Shown: one piece after another, positions 1-9,392 of the stretch | How positions within the stretch are numbered: position 1 is the first letter of the stretch | How the letters are laid out: the number at the start of each line of letters is the position of its first letter | Assembly: GCA_964291415.2 (NCBI GenBank) | Contig: OZ219920.1 | Coordinates: 992,001 to 1,056,000 of the forward strand | Source: Alphaproteobacteria bacterium | GTDB taxonomy: Bacteria; Pseudomonadota; Alphaproteobacteria; SP197 | Direction: 5' to 3' | Length of the DNA stretch: 64,000 bases | The notes under the pieces: generated by a model | Seen by the model: the letters and a program-made list of their open reading frames with translations, nothing else | The model's database searches: none | What the model was told of the DNA's origin: nothing | Made by a program: the position numbers and the translations under genes

Positions 1-71
1 GTTGCCGGCGACCTTCTGCCTGACGGATACGGACGTCCCGGTGGACATCGCGCCGGTCATCCGGCCGCTTG

Positions 72-884
72 TCAGCTCGAATAGGGTGGCAAGGTATGGC
101 CGGCAGGCGACAGCGTGAACACCTCGAAGCCGTCTTCGGTCACGGCGACGGAATGTTCCCATTGCGCCGAGAGGCTCTTGTCCCGGGTCACCGCTGTCCA
201 GCCGTCGTCGAGGATCAGTGCTTCCGGGCGACCAAGATTGAGCATCGGCTCGATGGTAAAGAACATGCCTGGTTCAAGTTCGAGACCGGTCCCCGGTTCG
301 CCGACGTGAAGGACGTTGGGCGCGTCGTGGAAGATGCGGCCGATGCCGTGGCCGCAGAACTCGTAGACCACCGAGCAGCGCTGTGCCTCGGCATGGCTCT
401 GGATCGCGTGACCGACATCGCCGAGCCGGGCCCCCGGCCTGACTGCCTCGATGCCGAGCCACATGGATTCGTGGCACACCTCGCACAGGCGCGAGGCTTT
501 CCGGCGCACGTTGCCGACGTAGTACATGCGGCTGGTGTCGCCATGCCAGCCGTCGAGCAGAACGGTGACGTCGATGTTCATGATGTCCCCGTCGCGCAAC
601 ACCCTGCCGGAACTCGGTATGCCGTGACAGATCACGTGGTTGATCGAGGTGCAGATCGACTTGGGATACCCGCGATAATTGAGCGGCGCCGGGACCGCTC
701 CATGATCGAGTATGAAGGTGTGACAAAGACGATCCAGGGTCTCTGTGGTGACACCGGGAACGACGTGAGGCGCGATCATGTCGAGTGTCCGTGCTGCAAG
801 CGAGCCGGCAGCACGCATGCCGTCCATGTCCTCCGGAGAGTGGATTGTCACGTGCGAGTCGCTCTGGCGACGCTTGAGCTGCAT
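72..884 (-). CDS. map: Type I methionine aminopeptidase
   Basis: Motifs CTSINHVICHGIP, NIDVT, DGWHGDTSR, GHGIG, FTIEPM, AQWEHS. Confidence 0.97.
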   Translation of the reverse strand: MQLKRRQSDSHVTIHSPEDMDGMRAAGSLAARTLDMIAPHVVPGVTTETLDRLCHTFILDHGAVPAPLNYRGYPKSICTSINHVICHGIPSSGRVLRDGDIMNIDVTVLLDGWHGDTSRMYYVGNVRRKASRLCEVCHESMWLGIEAVRPGARLGDVGHAIQSHAEAQRCSVVYEFCGHGIGRIFHDAPNVLHVGEPGTGLELEPGMFFTIEPMLNLGRPEALILDDGWTAVTRDKSLSAQWEHSVAVTEDGFEVFTLSPAGHTLPPYSS

Positions 885-903
885 CGGAAAACTCCGGTGT
901 CTG

Positions 904-1608
904 TCACGAAAGGCGGACCGGAATCCGCCGGTCGATCACGATGTCCTCGGTGGTCAATCTACACGAATAGGCCAGTGTCTCAACGCCCATGCCCGAGGCC
1001 CGCGTCACGGCTGCCGCGAATCCGGGGTCGATGTCGTCGGCAATTGCAAGGGAGTCGCAGTCCATGCGCTGGACGCACCAGACCACAACGGCCCGATGAC
1101 CGGCCCTGACCACCGACGCGAGCTCCTCCATGTGCCGGGCCCCGCGCGTGGTCACCGCATCCGGGAACTCTGCGCACGTCCCCTGCCGGCGCATGTGGCA
1201 GTTCTTGACCTCGACGTAGCAGGATCCGCGCACGGGATCCTCGAGCAGGAGATCGAAGCGCGAGTGGTCGCCCCAGACCACTTCGCGGCGCAGTGACGCG
1301 TAGCCGGCCAGCTCGGCAATGCCGTCCCTCGAGATCGCCTCTTCGATGAGCCGGTTCGGCTTGCCCGTGTGGCAGCCGACAAGTCCCCCGTCGGCACACA
1401 CGAGTTCCCAGGACCAGGCGAGCTTGCGTTTGCTGCCGGAGACATCCTGCAGCCAGGTCGTCATGCCGGCTTCGGCAATGCCTGTCATCTGACCCGGATT
1501 GGCGCAGTGCGCGGTGACGACGCTTCCGTCATCCAGCCGGTGATCGGAAAGAAACCTCTTGTAGCGCTTCACCAGCGTGGCGCGTCTGAGCGGCGAGGCA
1601 AATCTCAT
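904..1608 (-). CDS. sfsA: DNA/RNA nuclease SfsA (sugar fermentation stimulation protein)
   Basis: Start trimmed to MRFASPL; LVKRYKRF, AHCANPG, SRFDLLL, YVEVKN, FPDAVTTRGARH motifs. Confidence 0.95.
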   Translation of the reverse strand: MRFASPLRRATLVKRYKRFLSDHRLDDGSVVTAHCANPGQMTGIAEAGMTTWLQDVSGSKRKLAWSWELVCADGGLVGCHTGKPNRLIEEAISRDGIAELAGYASLRREVVWGDHSRFDLLLEDPVRGSCYVEVKNCHMRRQGTCAEFPDAVTTRGARHMEELASVVRAGHRAVVVWCVQRMDCDSLAIADDIDPGFAAAVTRASGMGVETLAYSCRLTTEDIVIDRRIPVRLS

Positions 1609-1639
1609 GGCTCCACGGCCCGGTAACGGTACGTGACAC

Positions 1640-1913
1640 GACGCTTCGGTAACGCAAACAGCGGTTCGGTATCGAGAATGATGCTCAACGGCCGAAGTCC
1701 CGCACAGGCTTCCGGTTCCAGGAAAGATGCGCAGGGCCGACGGGCACGCCCCTGGCATTGGCAGCAAGCGCCAGCGCGGACCCTTCCGGGTGCGGCTCCG
1801 CCCGCGGAGAGATATGTCTCCTGGGCGTCCAGAATGATCGCAGACGTGCTCTTGCGGGCTTCCGCAAGCCGCAGTGCAAGCGGGTCCGGCAGTTTCAGCG
1901 AGATCGTTGCCAT
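1640..1913 (-). pseudogene. Degenerate RHH antitoxin + truncated PIN (VapC-like) toxin remnant
   Basis: MATISLKLPDPLALRL..SAIILDAQETYL (RHH-like) frameshifts into ..GPAHLSWNRKPVRDFGR*; overlapping TTGA start of a fragment LSIILDTEPLFAL resembling the PIN N-terminal LDT motif. Confidence 0.6.
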
Positions 1914-2081
1914 GAGGTTTCAGGGTATTGCCGCAGACGTGGCGGATTGATTCCATGGCATGGCGTGAGTCGTCAATTCCGCATCGCTCTGAAGCCCGGA
2001 TGACACGCCTCGATGTGGCCGAACGTGTTCTGCAGACCGCGTCAGGGAGAGGTCCCTTTTCCAGGTCAGTGCCCGACGTCA

Positions 2082-3140
2082 TCAGGATGGGTGATCCCGA
2101 CACCTCCTGGTCAATGGACCGGGCCGGTCGCCTGGTTCGTTGTCGGCGATCCATGCCGCGTAGTCGGAAAGGCCCTGGCGGAGCGGTCTGGAGCGCCACC
2201 CGACATCAGAGATGATGCGCGTGACATCGTAGGCGCCCCAGGCGCCCGCCTTGCGAGCCGGAGAACCGACGACATCGGCGACGTCGCCGGGTGCGGCCTC
2301 GCGCCAGGTCGCCCCCGGCACAACCGAGCAGACCAGGCGGGCGAGTGCGTCCAGCGTGGTCGGCTCGCCGGAGGCGATGTTGTAGACGTCGTGGCGAAGG
2401 GCGGGTGCCGCAAGCAGATCACAGATCGCGCCGGCCACGTCGGCGGCGTGGATGAAATCGCCGACGCCTTCGGCGCCCGAGACGCTCCAGGGCACTCCGC
2501 GCAGGGCCTTGTGCACCATCACGTGGGGAGCGCAGGCATAGTCACGCCCGGGTGTCGGGCGATCCATCGGTCCGTAGACGCTGGCCAGGCGCACGATGTG
2601 AAGGGGCAATCCGAACATCTCCTGCCACCGCCTGGCCAGCAACTCGCCGGAGAGCTTGGTGATGGGATAGAGCGTGACAGGAAACGGGCGAACGTAGCCG
2701 TCCTCGGGAAGCGGTCCACCGTCCTCGGGTCCGTCGTCACCGTAAACGCTGCCGGTGGAGACATGGACCATGCGCTCGAGGTGGTCGAGGGTGCGCGCGA
2801 ATTCGAGGCAATGGACCGGGCCCATGATGTTGACGCCGGCGATCGTTGCCGCCCGGGATTGTTCTGATGCGCCGATCGTAGGCGTCATGGCTGCGCCGCA
2901 CACCACATGGGTCAACGACGCCTTCCCCGGTATCGTGCCGAGCAGGTGCGGGTCGCGAACGTCTCCGGTGACCACGACCAGCCGTTCCCGGACGGGCTCG
3001 AAGAAACGTTCCGCGAGGGAGTCGGGCGGCGCGATATCGACGGAAACGGCAGACGCCGAGGGATGACGTTCGAGCCAGGTCCGCACGACATGACTCATGA
3101 CGAATCCGGTGCCGCCGGTCACGAGGAGTCGCATCGTCAT
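2082..3140 (-). CDS. NAD-dependent epimerase/dehydratase (extended SDR)
   Basis: VTGGTGFV Rossmann motif, STGSVYG, YPITK (YxxxK), VYGP. Confidence 0.9.
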   Translation of the reverse strand: MTMRLLVTGGTGFVMSHVVRTWLERHPSASAVSVDIAPPDSLAERFFEPVRERLVVVTGDVRDPHLLGTIPGKASLTHVVCGAAMTPTIGASEQSRAATIAGVNIMGPVHCLEFARTLDHLERMVHVSTGSVYGDDGPEDGGPLPEDGYVRPFPVTLYPITKLSGELLARRWQEMFGLPLHIVRLASVYGPMDRPTPGRDYACAPHVMVHKALRGVPWSVSGAEGVGDFIHAADVAGAICDLLAAPALRHDVYNIASGEPTTLDALARLVCSVVPGATWREAAPGDVADVVGSPARKAGAWGAYDVTRIISDVGWRSRPLRQGLSDYAAWIADNEPGDRPGPLTRRCRDHPS

Positions 3141-3338
3141 GTCCCTTCAACGGGTTGGCCCGCACGAGTCCTGTCTTCGATGTATGTGCGTTCAGTTTCG
3201 CCGGCATCGACGCCGCGCAGCCGCGCATGATCAGCCGGCTTGTCTGCCGAATCGATCACCAACCCCCGGAGCCGGGGGAACCTGCCATGACCGCAGACAT
3301 CGTGCTGCCCTGTCTGTCGCGCCAGGAGACCGGAGAAC

Positions 3339-3860
3339 CTATGTCTCGGATTGCTCGTCGAACTGGAAGACATCCTCATCCTCCGGGTCGGGCTTGGCGG
3401 GAAGTTCGCGGCGGAACTCGGTCTGGCTGGTGAACTCGAGGCGGCTGGCGCCTGCCGGTCCGGTCTCTTCAAGGCGGGCCAGCAGCTTGCTGGCCAGTGA
3501 CTTCGCCCTCTCGCCGGCCTTCTGCAGCCGTGAGACCGTTGCCGTATCGTAGGGGAAGGCGAACACTCTGGGTTCCTGGCCGTCGGGCATCTCGAGCCAC
3601 AGGTAGATCGCCTTGTCTTCGTGAATGTCCCAGGCGATCACCGTGTGATAGGTGGTGAAGTCCTCCAGCCAGGCGCTGCTGGCGGGCTTGGGCCTGCCGA
3701 GCAGTTCGCTGACGGAGCCATAGCCTGCCGGCACGAGGAGGGCGAGGGCCACCAGCGCGGCGATCTTGCGGGGCAGGCGTCCGGCCGAGGAGACCGCCGC
3801 CCAGCCGGCAACGGCAGCCAGCATGAAACAGGCGACGAAGCTGATGGCGACGAGTGACAC
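3339..3860 (-). CDS. Hypothetical membrane protein (third gene of ExbB-like cassette)
   Basis: Two N-terminal hydrophobic helices, soluble domain (AIYLWL..EPRVFAFPY), acidic tail; 3 nt from upstream stop. Confidence 0.75.
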   Translation of the reverse strand: MSLVAISFVACFMLAAVAGWAAVSSAGRLPRKIAALVALALLVPAGYGSVSELLGRPKPASSAWLEDFTTYHTVIAWDIHEDKAIYLWLEMPDGQEPRVFAFPYDTATVSRLQKAGERAKSLASKLLARLEETGPAGASRLEFTSQTEFRRELPAKPDPEDEDVFQFDEQSET

Positions 3861-3863
3861 GGG

Positions 3864-4469
3864 TCACAGCCTCTGGCTGTCAAAGAGCGAGGTGTAGAGA
3901 TTGTTGACCGTGTGCGGCAACAGCCCTCCCGCCTCGTTCAGGTTGAATCGATAGACGGTTTCTTCCTGATCGACACGCACAAGGTCGACCTTGCCGAGGA
4001 GGATCTGGCGGGCGGGTTTGTCGATGTCGAGCTTGACGCTGATGATGACATAGACCGGCACCGGCCAGATCTCGGTGTCGTTGCGGTACATGTGGACATT
4101 GACGACGTATTCGCCGTGCGGAACACCCCGGGAATAGGCCATCTCGTGATTGGCTGCCGTGAGATCGTTGAGGTAGCCAAGATCGTCACGCAGGAGGTCG
4201 AAGATGGCGCCGCCGCGCTGCGACCAGCCTACGGCGCCATCGCCCGGAGCCCTGACCCAGAGGTCAACGTCGGCATCGATGCTCTCGGGCCACTTGATCT
4301 CGACGATCACGTTGCCCGGAGTCATCAGGTCCGATGTCTTCTTTTCCGGGGGATTGACGTGCGGCAACAGCAGGATCACCAGGGCGACGAACCCCAAGAG
4401 GGCAAGCAGGATGACGTCGCGAAAGACGGTTCCGGCGGGATCGTCGTCGAGCGGATCAAGAGCCTGCAC
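3864..4469 (-). CDS. Single-TM membrane protein with intramembrane Asp and YfaP/DUF2135-like periplasmic domain
   Basis: GTG start overlapping exbB-like stop; FRDVILLALLGFVALVILLL TM; DADVDLWVRAPG and GEYVVNVHMY motifs. Confidence 0.75.
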   Translation of the reverse strand: MQALDPLDDDPAGTVFRDVILLALLGFVALVILLLPHVNPPEKKTSDLMTPGNVIVEIKWPESIDADVDLWVRAPGDGAVGWSQRGGAIFDLLRDDLGYLNDLTAANHEMAYSRGVPHGEYVVNVHMYRNDTEIWPVPVYVIISVKLDIDKPARQILLGKVDLVRVDQEETVYRFNLNEAGGLLPHTVNNLYTSLFDSQRL

Positions 4470-5118
4470 GGCTTTCGCCCAGTTCCACGATGGTGTTGAT
4501 GAGCCGGACCGTCCCGGTGGTGAGCAACTGGTAGTTGGCCATGAGCCAGATGTTGAGAAGGCCACCCACGAGGGTCGTCACGAGTGCCGTGGACATGCCG
4601 GCAATGAGGGCCGAGACCATGGGAGCGATGTTTTCCGTCTCGCCGGCAAGATCGGGGTCGACGCCCGAAAGGGCGATGATGAAGCCGAGAACGGTGCCGA
4701 TGAGGCCCAGAAACACGAGACTCGAGGCGAGATGGCGGATGATGGTGATGTTCTGCGAGAGTTCGAGGCGCAGCGCCTGGGCCAGGGTCTGGCGGCTGTC
4801 GGCATTCTTGCCGGCCGTTCGTTTGACATGGGTGGCGGCACGGCTCCCCTGGTCAGGTTCCGCCTGTCTCGCCTGGTTGAGTTCGCGGCTCGTCCACACC
4901 ACCCGCTGCAGCGCGAGGGCAAGGCCGACCACGAACACCACCACGATGACGAAGACGAAGGATGTCGAATCGGCATCGATCGCCCGGCTGACAAGGCCGT
5001 TGGCCTCGCATGCCAGGAGCAGGGCGACGGCAACGATGTTGAGAAGCGCGAAGCGCAGTATCAGTCGAAAGGCGTGGGGGTCGGCCCGGGATTCCGCGGG
5101 TCGCGTGGCGGTGGTCAT
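4456..5118 (-). CDS. MotA/TolQ/ExbB proton channel family protein
   Basis: LGLIGTVLGFIIAL and GMSTALVTTLVG helices typical of the family; two extra N-terminal TMs. Confidence 0.88.
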   Translation of the reverse strand: MTTATRPAESRADPHAFRLILRFALLNIVAVALLLACEANGLVSRAIDADSTSFVFVIVVVFVVGLALALQRVVWTSRELNQARQAEPDQGSRAATHVKRTAGKNADSRQTLAQALRLELSQNITIIRHLASSLVFLGLIGTVLGFIIALSGVDPDLAGETENIAPMVSALIAGMSTALVTTLVGGLLNIWLMANYQLLTTGTVRLINTIVELGESRAGS

Positions 5119-5277
5119 GTCGAGTTCCGCGTGATCCGGAAGTGAGCGAATATAGCCGCGCTGGGCCTGTCCGCAAACGCAGCAACCGGTGAAGCCTGTC
5201 CGGGTCGCATGCGGAGTGTTTGCAAGTCACCCGCCTTGCGGGCCAGACTTCGGGTGGTGCCTGGCGGGGAATCCCTG

Positions 5278-6042
5278 ATGAGCGAAACTGTCACCGCTGC
5301 CGTGGTGGTCATCGGCAACGAGATACTGTCCGGACGCACCCGGGATGCCAACATCGCCTTCCTGGCAGAGAACCTCACCGCACTCGGTATCCGTCTGAAG
5401 GAGGTGAGGGTGGTCGGCGATGTGGAAGAAGAGATCGTCTCCGCCGTCAACGAATTGCGCCCCCGTCATACCTATGTGTTCACCACGGGCGGCATCGGTC
5501 CCACCCATGACGACATTACCGCCGACAGTATCGCGGCAGCATTCGGCGTCGGTATCAGCATTCACCCGGAGGTCCGCGATTCACTTGAGGCGTACGCCCG
5601 CAAACGCGGCATCGAGTCCAATGAGGCCCGCCTGCGCATGGCGCGCATCCCCGATGGCGCCAGTCTCATCGACAACGAGGTGAGCATGGCGCCGGGCTTC
5701 CAGATCGGCAATGTGTACGTGCTGGCCGGTGTGCCCGAGATCGCAAGGGCCATGTTCCGGGCGGCGAGTGCGGGATTGCGCGGAGGGCCCCGCATTCTGT
5801 CCCGCGCCATCAGGGTCCATTGCGGAGAGGGAACCATTGCCGGGGCTCTCGGCACACTCCAGCAGGAGTTTCCCGATGTCGACATGGGGAGTTACCCCTG
5901 GCGTGATGACGGCGTCTTCGGCACCAGCATCGTGCTCCGCTCAACCGATCGCGAACGCCTCGATACCGCCTTCGACCGTGTCTTCGATGCATCGGCACAG
6001 GCAGGGGGACGCCCTGTCGAGGAGGACGCGGCCAGCTGCTGA
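5278..6042 (+). CDS. Molybdopterin-binding/CinA N-terminal-like (competence/damage-inducible) protein
   Basis: VIGNEILSGRTRDAN, TTGGIGPTHDDIT, LAGVP motifs. Confidence 0.92.
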   Translation: MSETVTAAVVVIGNEILSGRTRDANIAFLAENLTALGIRLKEVRVVGDVEEEIVSAVNELRPRHTYVFTTGGIGPTHDDITADSIAAAFGVGISIHPEVRDSLEAYARKRGIESNEARLRMARIPDGASLIDNEVSMAPGFQIGNVYVLAGVPEIARAMFRAASAGLRGGPRILSRAIRVHCGEGTIAGALGTLQQEFPDVDMGSYPWRDDGVFGTSIVLRSTDRERLDTAFDRVFDASAQAGGRPVEEDAASC

Positions 6043-6169
6043 CACGCGTCCGGACCGCCGCCGCGGCCGGATGCGGCTTGCCGGTCTGTGTCTTCTTCTG
6101 ACTCCACCGGACCGGCGAACGAGCCTATGATCGCCGGGAAGGCGCGCATGTCTCATCGAGGAGGGGGCC

Positions 6170-7414
6170 ATGGAACTCAAGACACACCTGCGTGAACAGA
6201 TCGATTGGGAGCTGCCGTTTCCACCCGAGGAGTACGCCGAGCGCCGCAGGAAAGTGCGCTCCGCAATGTCGGATGCCGGTGTCGACCTTCTCCTGCTTTG
6301 CCGGCTTCCGGACATCAACTGGCTGACAGGCTACGACATGATCTTGAACCACCTGCGCAACTCGGCGACGCTGGTCGTGCGGGCGGACAGCGACGACACC
6401 CTGTTCTTCGATGCCGCGGCCCATACCACGCTCCTTTCGCTGCTGCCCGAGATTCGCGACGCCGTGATCTTCGATCACGATCCGATGGCCAGCGCTGGCG
6501 ACTTCGACGTCATCGCGGACGAACTCGCTGCCCGGGGACTGACAGACGGTACGATCGGCCTTCAGTTCTGGGGTTGGGGCCCCGTTTCTTCGGTCATCGA
6601 AACGCTTGCCGGAAAGCTCCGCGGCAAGGGAGCCGAAGTCGTCGATACGTCGCTGCTGGTCGAGACGCAACGTGTCTACAAGTCGCCGCGCGAGGTGGAG
6701 GTGATGCGGCAGGCGGCAGCCGCGACCGACAATGCGCTCGAGGCAGCACGCACCGCCATGAAGCCAGGCATGACGGAGACCGCGATCGAAGCCGTTCTGG
6801 TCGCAAGCCTGATGGAACAGGGCTGCAACTATCCGGCGATCCATACCATGGTAGCATCGGGTGTTCGCTCGGGCACCCATCACTCGCCACCGACTCAGCG
6901 CAAGGTCAAGGATGGCGATCTGGTGCATATCGACGTGTGTGGATCGCTTCACCGCTACCACATCAATACGTGCCGCACGTTCTCGATCGGCAAGGCCGAC
7001 AGCAGATGGCTGGACGTGATGGAAAGGGCCTCGGGCTCGATCGACGCCATCATCGAGAACGTGAAGCTCGGCGATCCGCTGCCTCGCGTCGACGAGATCG
7101 CCAACGCGCACATCCGCAAGGTCGGCTTGGAGGACAACGCATGGTGGATCGGAGGCTACCCGCTAGGCATTTCGTTTCCGCCCGACTGGACGGGAGCGTA
7201 CTGGGTACACTGGAACGAAGAGGACTTCGGCCCGACGGCTGAACAGCTCACGGTCCAGCCCGGCCTGGTGTTCAACTACGAGAATCAGTTCGATATCTGG
7301 GAAGGATGGCCGGGCGGTACGGGTTGCAACTTCATCGATACTTTTCTGGTAACCGACGATGGTCTGCAACTGCTCTCGCGTCTGCCCCGCACGATCCGCT
7401 CGAACGGAGACTGA
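6170..7414 (+). CDS. M24/creatinase-family hydrolase, ectoine hydrolase DoeA-like
   Basis: Creatinase N-domain (FPPEEYAERR); GYPLGISFPPDW in place of the metal-binding GHG.G. Confidence 0.8.
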   Translation: MELKTHLREQIDWELPFPPEEYAERRRKVRSAMSDAGVDLLLLCRLPDINWLTGYDMILNHLRNSATLVVRADSDDTLFFDAAAHTTLLSLLPEIRDAVIFDHDPMASAGDFDVIADELAARGLTDGTIGLQFWGWGPVSSVIETLAGKLRGKGAEVVDTSLLVETQRVYKSPREVEVMRQAAAATDNALEAARTAMKPGMTETAIEAVLVASLMEQGCNYPAIHTMVASGVRSGTHHSPPTQRKVKDGDLVHIDVCGSLHRYHINTCRTFSIGKADSRWLDVMERASGSIDAIIENVKLGDPLPRVDEIANAHIRKVGLEDNAWWIGGYPLGISFPPDWTGAYWVHWNEEDFGPTAEQLTVQPGLVFNYENQFDIWEGWPGGTGCNFIDTFLVTDDGLQLLSRLPRTIRSNGD

Positions 7415-7458
7415 ACCGGTCACGGGGCGTTTCGCAAGCGCAAGCAGCCGTCGTCGGT

Positions 7459-8606
7459 CTACAGGTTCTCCAGCACGTCCGAGAGCATGGCGATGACATG
7501 GGTCATGTGGTCGTCGGCGTCACCGTAGACACTGTCGACGACGCTGAACCAGGCGGCCGCGGCTTCCTTGTCGGGCCGTATCATGAGGAACTGCCCGGCA
7601 TAGCCGCCATGGCCGATCCAGGTGCCATCGGTAAACATGTGATTGCTGTAGGAAAGCCCGGGCCATGAGCCCTCGAAGGGGGCCCCCTTCCTGGTGCGCG
7701 TACGCTCGATGAATCCGGCATCTCCGGCAGATTCCCCCATGACACCGGCGCCACTGCGGGCGAACAGCAGTCCGTATCTCGCCATGTCCCGCGCCGTCAT
7801 GGCGCCCCCTCCGCTCAACACCGGTACGAAGGCGCAGTCCAGCGAGACGAAGAACACCCCCTCCAGACCGGCGCCCTCGATGTTCGTGAGATGAGATCGA
7901 AGAGACCGGAGCCGCTGGCGCGCTCGGCGATCCAACCCGCCAGGTCCGTGTTCGGAGAGGCGTAGCGGGCGCGGTTGCCGGGGATGTCGTCCCTGTCTTT
8001 CTCGAGAGTGACGGCGAACTCCCTGACACCGAATTCTTCCCTGCCCGGGGGTGGAAGGCGCCATCCCATGGCCACCTCTTCCTGGCCATATCCGCGTCGT
8101 TCCCCGGGCCCGGGTGGCGGATCCCACGGCGCCGCATAGTCCTCGTCGAAAGCGAGCGGCACGTTCATGTCGAGAACCTGCTGCAGCGTCACCCCGCGAT
8201 ATCCGCTGCCGATCTCGGGAATCCACGTCTCCACCGTCCGCCCGGGATCGACCCTGCCGGCGGCGATGAGGCGGCCGAACACGAGATTGAGATGGGTCTT
8301 GGTGATCGACTGCATCGAATGAAGGGTGTCGGGGCTGCAGTCGGCTGCATGGGCTTCGAAGAGGACATCGCTGCCTTGCGCCACCACCATGGCACTGAAG
8401 GACGGCAGGGCCGTCAGCCGGGCAACGTCGCTCCTCCTGGCGATCGCCGGATGGTGGCGGTCCCGAAGTGGCAGGACATGGCCCGAACGAAGGGCAAGAG
8501 CGCGCCGGTTCAGCCTGTGGATGTTCTGGAATCCATGGCGGCGGTTCTCCGCCCGGTTCCACCAGGCGAGATTGTCGTGGCCGACCTCGAGTTGCGGGTT
8601 ACGCAT
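7459..8606 (-). CDS. Serine hydrolase, beta-lactamase family (6-aminohexanoate-dimer hydrolase-like); frameshift near 7890
   Basis: SITK (SxxK), YASPNTDL, TARDMARYG, HGGYAGQ split over two frames; adding one base restores DLILTNIEG. Confidence 0.8.
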
Positions 8607-8619
8607 GTGATTCCTCCTT

Positions 8620-9087
8620 TCAGAAGATGCCGGCGTCGAGGCCGGCAGCCATGAGCATGCCGAGTTCGTGAGCCTCGCCGGCAAAGCCATCCTGCCATTC
8701 ACCCTTGAGCAGCAGGGGTTCGCTGATGGCGCGCCAGCCCAGGCCACCGGCGATGCTCTCCACGGCACGCCTGGTCCCCGTGCCGTCGAGGCCGGCGCGG
8801 ATGTAGAGCGCGTAGGGCTTGGCGCGGGTTTCCTCGAGGCATGGGTAATAGCAACGATCGAAGAAGTCCTTGAGCGCGCCGGACATGTATCCCAGATTCT
8901 CTGTCGTGCCGAGCACCAGGGCGGCGGCGGCCTTGACGTCGTCCGGCGTGGTCTCGAATGGTGACCGGGCATCCACGGAGAGCGCCTCGGCATCAACCGA
9001 AAGCGCGCCCTCCAGCACCGCATCACGCAGACGCTGCGTGTTCGGCGAGGGAACGTGGCCGATGATGAGAAGCGTTCTTGCCGTCAC
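8620..9087 (-). CDS. Flavodoxin-fold NAD(P)H-dependent oxidoreductase (WrbA-like)
   Basis: PSPNT, LGTTENLGYMSGALKDFFD, AGLDGTG. Confidence 0.88.
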   Translation of the reverse strand: MTARTLLIIGHVPSPNTQRLRDAVLEGALSVDAEALSVDARSPFETTPDDVKAAAALVLGTTENLGYMSGALKDFFDRCYYPCLEETRAKPYALYIRAGLDGTGTRRAVESIAGGLGWRAISEPLLLKGEWQDGFAGEAHELGMLMAAGLDAGIF

Positions 9088-9392
9088 GATTCAGCCTTTC
9101 GCAACCGACGGATCCGCGGGGCCGGCGAACGTCGTGTCAGGGCGAGCGTTCGCGAACTCGCCCGGAGTCCGGAGTATCCGGTAGCGCCCTTGATGCTGCG
9201 GGCAGGCATCATCGCATGACGATGAAGAGGGAACGTCGTCGTGACATCACGCGTTCCCCGCCGCTGTCTGTCGCCCGGACGGACGGACCGCGGGGAGCCG
9301 GTGCCTCGCGCCGCTCCAACCCCGGTCTCGCTCGCCCGGGATGGACCCGACCCACCGTTCCTCCGGCCGCAGGTTCATGGCAGTCCCTGAAT

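Noticed and set aside
1-60. Start of a minus-strand CDS downstream of map (radC often lies here)
   Set aside because: Only 20 codons visible; cannot be identified
3339-5118. Zorya defence system or canonical ExbBD/TolQR
   Set aside because: No long ZorA tail, no OmpA-like ZorB domain, no zorC/D/E, tonB or tolA; the partner lacks an ExbD-type domain
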